Counted from the first letter of the stretch, positions 8,698-18,953 are shown. The stretch is DNA of 64,000 bases from an uncultured Armatimonadetes bacterium (GCA_963716175.1 OY970296.1:3488001-3552000), one strand, 5' to 3'. Notes: generated by a model from the letters alone, not told the origin. Numbers and translations are program-made.

Positions 8698-10146
8698 GTG
8701 ATGAGAGAGATCGTAGAGCAGGCGGTAGCTCGGGCCCAGGCAGCGGGGGCGAGCTATGCCGATGCTCGCGCCATCGCAAGCCGCCACCAGGCCATCCATA
8801 CCAAGAACGGGACCCCAGACGCGCTCACCGATGCCAGTGAAGTCGGCCTGGGGGTGCGGGTGATCGCGGAAGGCGCGTGGGGGTTTGCCAGCACGTCGTC
8901 ACTCACCCCCTCTGATATCGGCGTCACGGCCGAGCTGGCGGTTCGCATCGCTCGCGCCAGCGCCGCGCTTCGGGCGCAGCCGGTGGCGCTGGCGCCGCTC
9001 TCGCCGAGCCGAGAGGAATGGGCTTCGGAGTTCGAAGTGGATCCTTTCTCCGTGCCGCTGGAAAGGAGGCTCGCCCTCCTGCTGGAGGCCGACAGGGTGA
9101 TGCGGGAGGTGTCGGGGGTGCGCCTCGCCATTGGCCAGATGAACTTCATGCGGGAGGAGAAATGGTTCGCCAGCAGTGAAGGGGCGCAGACCCTCCAGAC
9201 GAGAGTTCAGTCCGGCGGCATGATACAGGCTGTTGCCGAGGGCAATGGCGAGGTGCAGCGCCGCTCCTACCCCAGCTCTTTGGACGGCGATAATGCCAAC
9301 CGGGGCTGGGAGTTCGTCGAAGGCCTGAACTTCCTTGCCCACGCCCGCCGGATAGGAGAGGAAGCAGTCGCCCTGCTGGCGGCCGACCCGTGCCCGGCCA
9401 AGGTCACGACGCTGATCATCGAGGGGAGCCAGCTCGCGCTCCAGGTGCACGAATCCTGCGGCCATCCCACCGAGCTGGATCGGGTGTTCGGGAGCGAGCG
9501 CAGCTATGCCGGCGCCTCCTTTCTCACGCCGGACAAGCTGGACCATTTCCAGTATGGGTCACCCCTGGTGAACCTCTACGCGGACGCCACGCTGCCGGGC
9601 GCGCTGGGCAGCTTCGGCTATGACGACGAGGGGGTGCCCGCCCAGCGGGTTGAGCTGGTGCGCGGCGGGCTGTTCACCGGGTATCTTTCGTCTCGCGAGA
9701 CCGCGGCCCGGCTCGGGAGGGGAGGCGGAGGGGCGATGCGGGCCAGCGGCTGGAACCGGGTGCCCATCATTCGCATGACCAACATCAACCTGGCGCCCGG
9801 CGATTCCAGCCTGGCGCGGATGATTGAGGAAACCGATGACGGCATCTACGCCGCCACCACCAAGAGCTGGAGCATTGACGACGTTCGCCTCAACTTCCAG
9901 TTCGCTTGTGAGATTGCCTGGGAGGTGAAGAAAGGCCAGCTTGGCCGCGTGCTGCGCAACACCACTTACCAGGGCGTCACCCCCGAATTCTGGGGGAGCT
10001 GTGACGCCATTGCCGGCCCCGATGAGTGGCGGCCCTGGGGGTTGCTCTCCTGCGGCAAAGGGGAGCCGGTGCAGATCATGTGGGTGGGCCACGGCGTGGC
10101 TCCCGCCCGTTTCCGCAAGGTGCGGGTGGGCATCGGAGGGGGGTAG
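8698..10146 (+). CDS. tldD: TldD family metalloprotease subunit
   Basis: HESCGHPTELD metal motif, YDDEG, PIIRMTN, CGKGEP. Confidence 0.9.
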   Translation: MMREIVEQAVARAQAAGASYADARAIASRHQAIHTKNGTPDALTDASEVGLGVRVIAEGAWGFASTSSLTPSDIGVTAELAVRIARASAALRAQPVALAPLSPSREEWASEFEVDPFSVPLERRLALLLEADRVMREVSGVRLAIGQMNFMREEKWFASSEGAQTLQTRVQSGGMIQAVAEGNGEVQRRSYPSSLDGDNANRGWEFVEGLNFLAHARRIGEEAVALLAADPCPAKVTTLIIEGSQLALQVHESCGHPTELDRVFGSERSYAGASFLTPDKLDHFQYGSPLVNLYADATLPGALGSFGYDDEGVPAQRVELVRGGLFTGYLSSRETAARLGRGGGGAMRASGWNRVPIIRMTNINLAPGDSSLARMIEETDDGIYAATTKSWSIDDVRLNFQFACEIAWEVKKGQLGRVLRNTTYQGVTPEFWGSCDAIAGPDEWRPWGLLSCGKGEPVQIMWVGHGVAPARFRKVRVGIGGG

Positions 10147-10200
10147 GGGCGCAGTTCACTGCGCCCTGGGAGGGCTGGGCGTGATGAATCACGCCCCTAC
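10143..10200. repeat. inverted pair of GTAG-family REP palindromes between convergent genes
   Basis: GTAGGGGCGCAGTTCACTGCGCCC ... GGGCGTGATGAATCACGCCCCTAC; the second unit recurs exactly at 32572-32595. Confidence 0.75.
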
Positions 10201-10778
10201 AGCGGCATGGCGAGGATGCGATGGATGTCCAGATCGAACAAGTTGGCGCTGGCCGCCGAGGTGGCGACGATGGCAGTGTCAGCGCCATGACCGGTGCCGG
10301 CGCAGGAGATGACCTGCACGCCCTCCGGCAGCACTCCCGCGTCCGCCGCCATGGCGATGATCTCGACGCAGACCTTCATCCCCTGGGAGAAGAGGTAGAG
10401 CGTCTCCGCTATGATGGCGCTGGGCGGGAAGCCCTCGAACTTGGCCCGCAGCGCGCGGTCCACTCCCCCGGTGAGAGCGTGCGTTCCGCACACCAGCTTG
10501 ACGCCGGCCTCGTCCATCAGCTTGCGGTAGCGGGGACTGAACTTCACCTCGTAGATGGCGTCCACGGCCGGGGCCATCTTCACTCCCACGAAGTTGACTT
10601 TCGGGTGGGCCCGGGCGAGAAGGGCGAACTGCGCGCCCACGTAGCCGGTGTTGGTTGCCAGCACCACGTGGCGCGTGCGATGGGAGTTCAGGTAGGCGCC
10701 GACCAGCTTCACGACCGCGCGGGTGTTAGCCTCGGCCTTCCCGGTGTCCTTGAAGTAGACGATCTCTCGCGTCTCCAT
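10197..10778 (-). CDS. pyruvate kinase C-terminal-like domain protein (COG1751/MTH1675-like)
   Basis: IVYFxxxGxxNT, VVLATNTG, THALTGG, IIAETLYLFSQGMKVCVEIxxMAADAG, GADTA. Confidence 0.8.
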   Translation of the reverse strand: METREIVYFKDTGKAEANTRAVVKLVGAYLNSHRTRHVVLATNTGYVGAQFALLARAHPKVNFVGVKMAPAVDAIYEVKFSPRYRKLMDEAGVKLVCGTHALTGGVDRALRAKFEGFPPSAIIAETLYLFSQGMKVCVEIIAMAADAGVLPEGVQVISCAGTGHGADTAIVATSAASANLFDLDIHRILAMPL

Positions 10779-10968
10779 GGCTTGCTCGCCCTCCCTGCTG
10801 TTTGGCTCAGCCGGGCAGGTCGCGTGGTTAGGCCCGCTGCCAGGGCCGCCACCCCGGCCGCTGCAAGCGGCCTAGGGGGACACGGCCTACCCTCACTTAC
10901 CGGCTGCTCATTTCGCCACTCGCGCGACTGCCCCTGCCGCTCCTATCCTGCCCACAAGGAGGCGCCCC

Positions 10969-12291
10969 ATGCTCGGTGAAGCCCAGTGCCTCGACTTGCT
11001 GAGCGCTGCTCTGGCCGCCTGCGAGGGCGACCAGGCGGAGGCGATGCTCTACCGCACCAACTCCGCTCTCACCCGGTTCGCCGAGTCGCGCATTCACCAG
11101 AATGTCGCCGAGCTGAGCACGCTCATCTCGGTGCGGGCCATTCTCGGGAAGCGCATCGGGTGCGCGCGCGGAAACCAGCTCGCGGTCGCGGAAGTGCAGT
11201 CGGTGGCGCGCCGCGCTCTGGACCTGGCGCGGGTGGCGGCCGAGGATGGGGCCTTCGTCTCACTGCCGGGGCCCGAGTCATTGCCATCTGTCGCCAGCTA
11301 TGCGGAAGCCACCGCCTCCTCTTCCCCCGAGCGGCGAGCGAAGGCTGCCCGCACCATCGTGGGGATCGCGGAGCGCGACGGCTGCCAGGCTTCCGGGTCG
11401 CTCTCGGCTGAGGCCTCCGAGCTGGCAGTGGCGAACTCACTGGGCGTGCGTGCCTATGCCCCAGCTACTCAGGCCTCACTCGTGCTGGTGGTCAATGACG
11501 AGGAGTCGAGCGGCTATGCGGACTGGCGGGGGATGGACATCTCGCGGGTCGAGCCGGGCGCGGCGGCCGAAAAGGCCGCCGAGAAGTGCCTGGCGGGTCG
11601 GGGCGCCGAGAGCATACCACCGGGCGAGTACCCGGTGATTCTGGAGCCGGCAGCCGTGGGCGATCTCATCATGTTCCTGGGCTACCTGGGGCTGGGCGCG
11701 CTCTCGCTTCAGGAGGGCCGCAGCTTCCTCACGGACCGCCTGGGCGAGAAGGTGATGGGCGAGAACATCACCATCTGGGACGACGCCACTGATCCGCGCG
11801 GCCTGGCCATTGCCTTCGACTGGGAGGGCCAGCCGAAGCGCAAGGTCGTGCTGATAGAGCATGGCGTGGCCCGCCAGGTGGTGTATGACTCCTACACCGC
11901 GAGCCGGGAGGGGAAGAAGACCACGGGCCACGCCTTGCCGGCCCCCAACACCGCCGGCCCTCTTCCCCTCAGTCTCTTCCTGGCCCCTGGGGAGGCGTCC
12001 CTGGACGAGATGATCGCCTCCACCGACCGCGGCCTGCTGGTCACCCGGTTCCATTACGTCAACGTGGTGCATGAGAAGCAGACCATCATCACGGGCATGA
12101 CGCGGGATGGCACGTTCCTGGTCGAGCATGGCAGGATCACCAGGCCGGTGAAAAACCTGCGCTTCACCCAGAGCATCGTGGAAGCGCTCAATCACGTGGA
12201 GATGATCGGCCGCGAGTGCCAGCTCGGCGATTACGCCTATGTGCCGGCGCTCAAGATCGGGAAGTTCGCGTTCACAAGTCAGCAGCCGTGA
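10969..12291 (+). CDS. TldE/PmbA family protein
   Basis: TRFAESRIHQN, YPVILEPAAV, FDWEG, TGMTRDG, VKNLRF; lacks HExxxH. Confidence 0.88.
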   Translation: MLGEAQCLDLLSAALAACEGDQAEAMLYRTNSALTRFAESRIHQNVAELSTLISVRAILGKRIGCARGNQLAVAEVQSVARRALDLARVAAEDGAFVSLPGPESLPSVASYAEATASSSPERRAKAARTIVGIAERDGCQASGSLSAEASELAVANSLGVRAYAPATQASLVLVVNDEESSGYADWRGMDISRVEPGAAAEKAAEKCLAGRGAESIPPGEYPVILEPAAVGDLIMFLGYLGLGALSLQEGRSFLTDRLGEKVMGENITIWDDATDPRGLAIAFDWEGQPKRKVVLIEHGVARQVVYDSYTASREGKKTTGHALPAPNTAGPLPLSLFLAPGEASLDEMIASTDRGLLVTRFHYVNVVHEKQTIITGMTRDGTFLVEHGRITRPVKNLRFTQSIVEALNHVEMIGRECQLGDYAYVPALKIGKFAFTSQQP

Positions 12292-13412
12292 CCCCGCGCC
12301 AGCGTTACGTCGAGACTCTCACCTTCGGGAAGCCGGATCGGATTCCGCTGGAACCCGGCTGGCCGCGGGAGTCCACGCTCGCGGCCTGGCATCAGCAGGG
12401 GCTGCCGGAACGCAAGGGCTTCCACCGGGCCCTGCTGGAAACCGTGGGCATCGAGCCCGATGTCACCCAGCCGCAGACCGCAGTGGAGGTCTCGTTCCGT
12501 ATGATCCCTGAGTTCGAGGAGAAGGTGCTGGCGCACGAGCACGGCCACTACCTGGTGCAAGACTGGATGGGCGCGATCGTCGAGATCTCCGACCGCTATG
12601 ACTACACCTACCTGCGGCACGCCAAAGACTTCGTCACCCGCAAGTGGCACCGGTTTCCGGTGCAGACTCGCGCCGACTGGGAGCGGATGAAGCAGCGCTA
12701 TCAGGCGCAGACACCGGGGCGGTTCCCGCAGGATTTCGAGGATAGATGCCGCGCTCTGCGCGGGCGGGATTACGTGGCCGGCATCAGCTTCAACGGGCCC
12801 TTCTGGCAATTGCGGGAGTGGTGTGGATTCGAGGGGCTGTGCCTGCTGATGGCCGACGATCCCGAGTTCGTGCAGGAGATGTGCGAGTTCTGGATCGAGT
12901 TCGTCTCTCAGACCATGGCCCCGATCCTGGCGCGGGTGCAGCTCGATTCCGTCGGCATCTCCGAGGACATGGCCTATAAGGAACACAGCATGATCTCACC
13001 GGAGATGACGCGGCGCTTCCTGCTGCCGGCTTACCAGCGCTGGGTGGGGGAGATCAAAGCCAGCGGCTGCCCCCTCATTGACATGGATTCGGATGGGTAC
13101 ATCGCCGACCTGATTCCGATCTGGATCGAGGCCGGCATCAACTGCTGCTGGCCCGTGGAGGTGGCCGCGGGCAATGACATCGTGGGATTTCGCCAGCGCT
13201 TCGGCAGGGACATGGCCTACCATGGTGGCGTGGACAAGCGCGCCATCGCCAAAGGCGGGGAGGTGATGCGGGCCGAGGTGATGCGAGTGGCCCCGCTGCT
13301 AAAGGACGGAGGCTTCATCCCCGGCTGCGACCACGGCGTGCCGCCGGACATCTCCTGGCCGAACTTCGTCGCGTACGCGCGGTTACTAGCTGAGTTGACC
13401 GGTTGGCTGTAG
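12288..13412 (+). CDS. uroporphyrinogen decarboxylase (URO-D/MtaA-like) family protein
   Basis: EDMAYK..MISP, DSDG, PVEVAAGND, GGVDK, GGFIPGCDHGVPP; GTG start overlaps the tldE stop. Confidence 0.85.
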   Translation: MTPRQRYVETLTFGKPDRIPLEPGWPRESTLAAWHQQGLPERKGFHRALLETVGIEPDVTQPQTAVEVSFRMIPEFEEKVLAHEHGHYLVQDWMGAIVEISDRYDYTYLRHAKDFVTRKWHRFPVQTRADWERMKQRYQAQTPGRFPQDFEDRCRALRGRDYVAGISFNGPFWQLREWCGFEGLCLLMADDPEFVQEMCEFWIEFVSQTMAPILARVQLDSVGISEDMAYKEHSMISPEMTRRFLLPAYQRWVGEIKASGCPLIDMDSDGYIADLIPIWIEAGINCCWPVEVAAGNDIVGFRQRFGRDMAYHGGVDKRAIAKGGEVMRAEVMRVAPLLKDGGFIPGCDHGVPPDISWPNFVAYARLLAELTGWL

Positions 13413-13458
13413 GGCGGGCATACCCTTCGACTTTGCTCAGGGCAGGCCTATGCCCGCC
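13409..13458. repeat. REP-like palindrome with nested CCCTTCGAC...GCTCAGGGCAGG hairpin
   Basis: GTAGGGCGGGCATA...TATGCCCGCC arms enclosing a second common repeat. Confidence 0.55.
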
Positions 13459-13502
13459 GCCGCGCCATCGGAAGATGCCCTCCTGCGGCCACCGCGCGGT
13501 CC

Positions 13503-14195
13503 TCAGGCCTGGTCCGGCCGCGCTTCCGAGACTGCCGCGCCGGTGGGCAGCACTCTCACCTCCTCCAGGCCGCGCAGGCGTTCGAGCAGTTGCTCCAGGT
13601 AGCTGCTGCGGATGGGCCCCCAGCCCTCGTCGTCCAGCCCGTGAGTGTTGTAGATCAGCCACCCGCTCGGCTGCGCCAGCAGAGCTTCGATCTCTGTGTC
13701 CAAATGGTGCTCGCAGTTCTCGGGGCCGTAGCCGCTTGTGGTCAGCTTCGCCGCGCCGGGATGGGGAAGGGGGTTGAGGCCGCCGCCAGAGGTCCGGAAG
13801 GCGCGCACCACCGACGGCAACCAGGCCTCCAGCTCCGGCGTGGAAGCATTGTAGGGGAAGTTGAAGACGGCCTGGTGGCGCTGGAAGCCCTCCAGCTTCT
13901 GCTCGAACTGATCCAGGCAGCGCAGGATCAGGTCCCTGGCCTCGGCGAATGGGAGCAAGCTCTTATTGGCGTGCTTCCAGCCGTGAGGCATGATCTCATG
14001 GCCGCGCGCCGCGAGTTCATTCCAGAGCTTGAAGTCGCCTCGGTCCGTTCCGTACTGGCGCTGCTCGACGGCCAATTCCTGTGGCGCGGCCAGCACGTTG
14101 CAGCAAGCGCGCAGCCCGAACTGCTCGTAGATCTCGGCCGTGCGCAGGCACGATCTGCGAAAACCATCGTCGAAGCTGAGGGAGATGATGTGCAT
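13503..14195 (-). CDS. polysaccharide deacetylase (NodB-like) family protein
   Basis: SLSFDDG, GHEIMPHGWKH, FNFPY, WLIYNTH. Confidence 0.82.
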   Translation of the reverse strand: MHIISLSFDDGFRRSCLRTAEIYEQFGLRACCNVLAAPQELAVEQRQYGTDRGDFKLWNELAARGHEIMPHGWKHANKSLLPFAEARDLILRCLDQFEQKLEGFQRHQAVFNFPYNASTPELEAWLPSVVRAFRTSGGGLNPLPHPGAAKLTTSGYGPENCEHHLDTEIEALLAQPSGWLIYNTHGLDDEGWGPIRSSYLEQLLERLRGLEEVRVLPTGAAVSEARPDQA

Positions 14196-14237
14196 GGTGG
14201 CACGATTCGCAGGCCAGACGCGAGTCTCCTGCCCTCC

Positions 14238-15353
14238 TCAGTAGTCGCGGAGCTTCACTCCGGTCTCGATCATCGCCAGGTAGTTGCTCACCGCGAGGTG
14301 GGATAGGGCAGGGGTGTGGGGCGAGGCGGAGGGGCAGAGGATGAAGCCTCCGCCAGGCCGGCCGGTCATGATCGCCTCCTCGACCAGGGCAGTCACCCTC
14401 TCGGTGGGAGCGGCGTAGAGCTCGCCGATCTGGATGTTCCCCTCCAGGCAGAGCTGCTTCCCCACCCGGCGCTTGGCATCGGCCAGATCAACATCCCCCA
14501 TGGGCGGCGGCTCGAGCGGATGGGTGATATCCCAACCCGCCTCCACGAAATCCTCCAGCAGTGCGCTCACCCTGTTGTGGCAGTGCACGTGCAGCATGCC
14601 GCCACGCTCGTGGATGCGCCTGGTCAGTTTCCGGAAATGAGGCAGCACGAACTCACGGTAGGTCTGGGGCGCATGCAGGGGAGGCGCGATCTGCTCGGAG
14701 CCATTAGTGGCGAATACCGGGCCCGCGCCGGCCTGGAGCATGAACTCGACCGCAGCAAGGACTCTCTCCTCGAAGGCCTCCAACAGCCGGAAGAGCAGGC
14801 TGCGATGCTCTACCCACCAGTAGGCAAAGGTCTCTGAGCCGAGCAGATCGTGCACGCACTCGGAGGCCTGCGGACAATTGCACATGGTCAGGTTGGCCGG
14901 CCAGCGCTCGCAAGTCTGGAAGTACTCGGAGAGGGCTATCGGCGGGGCGACATACGGCACGGACAGCGCGCGGTCCACATCCTCAGGCCGCTTCAGGAAG
15001 TAGCTCTTGGTGAGAGGGAGGTAGTCGAGCTTCGACTCCCAGTAGTCTTGGGAGAGGTCGCCTTTCGGAGTGTGGAGGATGGCGCGATGGATGGTCCAGT
15101 CGCCGGCGTCTACCGTCAGGGTCTCGGTGATCTCCTCCTCGGCCCGGGTGAACAGCGGCAGGCCCAGACCGCCGACGGGCGGATGGGGGATGACATCGCA
15201 GTGTTCCAGCACCGCATCTATCAGTGGCCGGTAGGAGCGGTCACGGGTGGCCACCCAATCGGGCTCCCAGACGCGCGCCCCGCGGATGTTGATCGGCATC
15301 CGGTCGGGCTGCTCCCGGCGCATGGCGGCCAGCACACGCTCTCGCGAGGTCAT
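14238..15353 (-). CDS. uroporphyrinogen decarboxylase family protein
   Basis: MTSRERVLAAMRREQPDRMP, HVHCH, HPLEPPPMGD, LEGNI, GGGFIL. Confidence 0.85.
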   Translation of the reverse strand: MTSRERVLAAMRREQPDRMPINIRGARVWEPDWVATRDRSYRPLIDAVLEHCDVIPHPPVGGLGLPLFTRAEEEITETLTVDAGDWTIHRAILHTPKGDLSQDYWESKLDYLPLTKSYFLKRPEDVDRALSVPYVAPPIALSEYFQTCERWPANLTMCNCPQASECVHDLLGSETFAYWWVEHRSLLFRLLEAFEERVLAAVEFMLQAGAGPVFATNGSEQIAPPLHAPQTYREFVLPHFRKLTRRIHERGGMLHVHCHNRVSALLEDFVEAGWDITHPLEPPPMGDVDLADAKRRVGKQLCLEGNIQIGELYAAPTERVTALVEEAIMTGRPGGGFILCPSASPHTPALSHLAVSNYLAMIETGVKLRDY

Positions 15354-15549
15354 GGAGACAGCTCTCCTAACGAATGCGCAGGCCTTCGCTGATCGCAGGG
15401 CGATACCTCCTGGCTGGTTCTTCTCAAGAGCAGGTGCGGACAGCCGGACGGCCAAGAGGCTCTATGGGTGTTCCGGAGCTTTGGGTGTTCCGGGACTTCC
15501 AGTCCCGAAACCGCGATGCATCGCCGGCGTGTGGGGAGCGAGGTGAGGC

Positions 15550-16245
15550 ATGGTGACAGTGCTGCTGGTCGAAGACGACGCTCAGGTCCGGGAGTTGGTG
15601 GCGCGATATCTGCAGCGAGAGGGGCTGACGACGGTGGCCGTCCCCACCGGCGGCGCCGGGCTGGAGGCGATGGCCTCCCGCCAGCCCGACCTGGTGATCC
15701 TGGATGTGAACCTGCCGGATCTTGACGGCTGGTCAATCCTGCGCCGGATTCGAGATGAGTGGGGCGATGCTCCGGCGGTGATCATGCTGACCGCGCGCAG
15801 CGATGAGCCGGACCGCCTGCTCGGCCTCGATCTGGGGGCAGATGATTACATCGTCAAGCCCTTCAGCCCGAGGGAGGTGGCGGCCCGGGTGAAGGCAGTG
15901 CTGCGACGGACCAAGCGAGCACCCGAGGCCCCGGAGGAGCTGTCTTTCCCCGGGCTGCGACTGGACCTGGCTGGTCACACCGTCTGGCGAGGCGAGGCCG
16001 TTGTCCCTCTCACCTCCAAGGAGTTCGACCTGCTCGCCCGGCTGGCCCAGCACGAGAACCGGGTGCTGCTGCGGGGTGACCTCTACGACGCGGTGTGGGG
16101 CGAGGAGGGACAGGGAGATGATCACACCCTGGATGTGCACATCAGCCGGCTGCGCCGAAAGCTGGCGGGGCCGGACGGGATCAGCTACCTCACCACGGTG
16201 AAGGGCGTGGGTTTCAAGTTCGAGGTGATGGAACGTGCTAGGTAA
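15550..16245 (+). CDS. OmpR-family response regulator
   Basis: VEDD, LDVNLP, GADDYIVKPF, winged-helix DVHISRLRRKL. Confidence 0.95.
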   Translation: MVTVLLVEDDAQVRELVARYLQREGLTTVAVPTGGAGLEAMASRQPDLVILDVNLPDLDGWSILRRIRDEWGDAPAVIMLTARSDEPDRLLGLDLGADDYIVKPFSPREVAARVKAVLRRTKRAPEAPEELSFPGLRLDLAGHTVWRGEAVVPLTSKEFDLLARLAQHENRVLLRGDLYDAVWGEEGQGDDHTLDVHISRLRRKLAGPDGISYLTTVKGVGFKFEVMERAR

Positions 16246-17668
16246 GCCGACGTTGGTTCGCAGCATCGTGCGCCAGCAGGTGTGGGCCACCGCCCTCACC
16301 TTGGGGGCGATCATGCTGGTGTTGCTGATCATCGCCGATGTCATGAACCTGCAGGTGCGGGGTCTGGCGCTGGTGCGGCAGCTCCGCTCCATCGAGTCCG
16401 TGGACATCAGCAGCGACGCGGAGATCGAGACCCGCTCCCGCGCCGGCCGGCAGCAGGTGGGCTTCATCCTGGTTGATGATTCCGGGCACTGGACCGCGGG
16501 CGAGGGCGAGAGAGGTGAGAAGCCACGAGGGCGGGCCGGCGCTCGCTGGCCAGAGGCAGCCACGGTGTTGACCAAAGGCGAACTGCAGGGGCGCGGCCAG
16601 CTCCCGTGGCTGTCCGAGCCCGTGGTGTGGGCGGCCCGGATGATGTATGACCCCGACGGCCAAAGGGTGATCTTGGTGGTGTGGCATCCCGTCAGCGCCA
16701 TTCGTGCCAGCGCCACCAGAACCAGCTATGGCTTTGTCATCCTGGGCACGGTGCTGATGGCCGCGGTGGGGGTAGGGCTGTCGCTGCGCTCCAGCCGGCG
16801 CATCACCCGCCTGCTGGACAGCATCGCCGACTCCAGCACCCGCATGGCCGCGGGCGATTACCGAGTTCATCTCCCGGCCCAGCCGGTGGCGGAGCTGGAC
16901 CGCGTTTCCGATGCCATCAACCGGCTGGCCCAGGACTTGACCACCACGGCCGCCGACCTGCAGGCCGAACACGAGCGACTGGTTCGGCTGGAGCAGCTGC
17001 AGCGGCAGTTCGTGGCCGACGCCTCCCACGAGCTGCGCGCTCCTCTCACCTCCATGCGGGTGACCCTGGAGGCCTGGCAGGACGGAGTGCTGCATCCGGA
17101 GGAGCAGCCGGCGGCGCTAGCCCAACTGCTGCACGAATGCGAGCACCTCTCGGGTCTGATCTCCAAGTTGCTCGATCTTTCTCGCATCGAGTCCGGGCGC
17201 GAGGCGGTGACGCTCACCGCGGTGGAGGTGCCGGCGGTAGTGGAAGAGGTGGTGGCCACCTTCAGGGATCTGCCTGGGGCGGCCATCGTGCTGGCGTTCG
17301 CGGCCGACCTCCCGCGCGCCCAGGCCGATCGCGAGGCGGTGCGGCGCGTGCTCCAGAACATGGTGGAGAATGCCCGCCGGTTCACCTCGGCGACGGGCTC
17401 GATCCGCATCTGGGGCGAGGTGAGAGAGGGCCGGCTCTGTCTCGGCGTGACCGACACCGGCTGCGGGATCGCACCTGAATACCTCCCCCGCATCTGGGAT
17501 CGGTTCGCTCGTGCGCCCCAGGCGCGGGGCGAGGGCAAGGCGGGCAGCGGCCTGGGGCTGGCGATTGTGAAGGCGCTGGTGGAGGCGATGGGGGGCGAGG
17601 TTGGCCTGGACAGCACCTTGGGCTCCGGGACCACGGTGTGGATGCTGCTAGACCAGGCGACCGGGTAG
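16235..17668 (+). CDS. HAMP-domain sensor histidine kinase
   Basis: Two TM segments, H-box ASHELRAPLT, N box, DTGCGI, GSGLGLAI. Confidence 0.93.
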   Translation: MLGKPTLVRSIVRQQVWATALTLGAIMLVLLIIADVMNLQVRGLALVRQLRSIESVDISSDAEIETRSRAGRQQVGFILVDDSGHWTAGEGERGEKPRGRAGARWPEAATVLTKGELQGRGQLPWLSEPVVWAARMMYDPDGQRVILVVWHPVSAIRASATRTSYGFVILGTVLMAAVGVGLSLRSSRRITRLLDSIADSSTRMAAGDYRVHLPAQPVAELDRVSDAINRLAQDLTTTAADLQAEHERLVRLEQLQRQFVADASHELRAPLTSMRVTLEAWQDGVLHPEEQPAALAQLLHECEHLSGLISKLLDLSRIESGREAVTLTAVEVPAVVEEVVATFRDLPGAAIVLAFAADLPRAQADREAVRRVLQNMVENARRFTSATGSIRIWGEVREGRLCLGVTDTGCGIAPEYLPRIWDRFARAPQARGEGKAGSGLGLAIVKALVEAMGGEVGLDSTLGSGTTVWMLLDQATG

Positions 17669-17758
17669 GGAGGTCCTCCTACCACCGTGATGACGGCGAT
17701 GCAGGCCCACGCGCTGGGCCAGCTTCGACCTGCCCCGTGGCGGCCGACAGCATGTTCG

Positions 17759-17888
17759 TAGAAGCTGTTTCATAACCTTCCCAGGGGAGGTTATGAGACA
17801 GCACTGCACAACGTCAGGCAGTGGCAGGCGCATTTCATGCGAGGGCGTGGTGCGGCCAGCCGGCAGGTAGGTTATGAAATGCGCTCTA
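17759..17888 (+). mobile_element. 130-bp MITE copy 1
   Basis: TAGAAGCTGTTTCATAACCT...AGGTTATGAAATGCGCTCTA; near-identical copies at 31185 and 59072; bounded by TA at both ends. Confidence 0.85.
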
Positions 17889-17951
17889 AGGAGCGTCGCC
17901 GAATGAAGTAACGCGGCGAAGCTCAAGAGGCGGCCCACACAGGCATAGGGC

Positions 17952-17984
17952 GATGTTCGCACATTACTTCGTTGTGCGAACATC
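17952..17984. promoter_or_regulatory. 12-bp perfect inverted repeat upstream of the Lys/Ala-rich gene
   Basis: GATGTTCGCACA-N9-TGTGCGAACATC in an AT-richer intergenic region. Confidence 0.4.
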
Positions 17985-18106
17985 ATTAGTACAGACGCGC
18001 GGTTAGTTGCCGCAAATATGAGACACAGTTGAAGTTCCTGAGAAGTACCTCTGCTACCATCTCCAGCACTCGGGCATCGCCCGAAGACTACCATTGGAGG
18101 TAGGAG

Positions 18107-18472
18107 ATGAAGAGGTTCCTGGTAGGGTGCACTGTTCTGGGTCTCCTCTTGGGCATGGCAAGCGGTGTCTTCGCTGTCCAGAAGAGAGCCAAGGGCAAGG
18201 CGGCAGCAAAGCCGGCCGCGGCTGCGACCAAGGCGGCGACGGCTGAGCCTGCGGCCGCCAAGGCCGCTCCCGCGGAGAAGGCCAAGCCGGCGATGAAGAA
18301 GGCCAAGGGCAAGGCTGTCGCCAAGAAAGCGACCAAGAAGGTCGCAGTGAAGGCGAAGAAGGCCAAGGGCAAGGCTGTCGCCAAGAAAGCGACCAAGAAG
18401 GTCGCAGTGAAGGCGAAGAAGGCCAAGGGCAAGGCCGAGGCCGCGAAGCCGGTCGAGAAGGCGCCCCAGTAG
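18107..18472 (+). CDS. exported Lys/Ala-rich (histone H1-like composition) protein
   Basis: GGAG RBS, signal peptide ending VFA, then only K/A/P/V-rich repeats. Confidence 0.75.
   Translation: MKRFLVGCTVLGLLLGMASGVFAVQKRAKGKAAAKPAAAATKAATAEPAAAKAAPAEKAKPAMKKAKGKAVAKKATKKVAVKAKKAKGKAVAKKATKKVAVKAKKAKGKAEAAKPVEKAPQ
18295..18435 (+). repeat. exact 60-bp in-frame tandem repeat (2.3 copies)
   Basis: 18301-18360 is identical to 18361-18420. Confidence 0.95.
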
Positions 18473-18498
18473 TAGCAGTCTGGATAGCTGGCGAATGG

Positions 18499-18538
18499 GT
18501 GATGACCTCCGCGGAAAGCGGGGGTCATCACGCTTTTG
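18499..18538 (+). terminator. intrinsic terminator
   Basis: GTGATGACCTCCGC-GGAAA-GCGGGGGTCATCAC followed by GCTTTT. Confidence 0.65.
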
Positions 18539-18555
18539 TGGGGAGAAAGGGCTGG

Positions 18556-18676
18556 TGTTTCGATAGGGTTTATTCTGGAACCACGCGCGCCGAAAACCAC
18601 ATCTCGGAGGGGATAACCTGGAATTGCGGGCGTCTGACGAATGCCTGTTCGCCGGTTTGGGAGTGCTAAGCCGGAA
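18556..18676 (+). repeat. transposon left end with three putative transposase-binding sites
   Basis: GGTTTATTCTGGAA 18567-80, GGGATAACCTGGAA 18610-23, GTGCTAAGCCGGAA 18663-76. Confidence 0.75.
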
Positions 18677-18953
18677 AAAGAATGCGGCCGCGCTCCTGAG
18701 AGCGAGGTGTGACATTGGGATCTGCAAACAGGGACCCTCGGCGAGCGCCCTTCCATCGGACCAGGCCGAACGCTGCGGCGCGCGCCTGGTGATCGCCCTG
18801 CAGAAGGATCTCGTCATTGACCGCTCCACTCTCTTTCGCTGCGTCCAATTCCATCAGGCTTTCTCCCTGGAGGAGATTCTTGCCACGGGGAGACAATCTC
18901 AGCGGGGCCTAACCTGGAGCAAGCTACGCCTCATTTTGGCTCTTGACACGTGA
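18624..18953 (+). pseudogene. DUF1016 N-terminal (YhcG-N)-like fragment
   Basis: RLVIALQKDL..RSTLFRCVQFHQAF..EILAT..Q..LTWSKLRLIL pattern; no convincing start and overlaps the end sites. Confidence 0.5.

Noticed and set aside
10197-10778. Inverted gene between tldD and tldE as a mobile insertion
   Set aside because: Ordinary conserved family with no target duplication or transposase; only REP palindromes at one side
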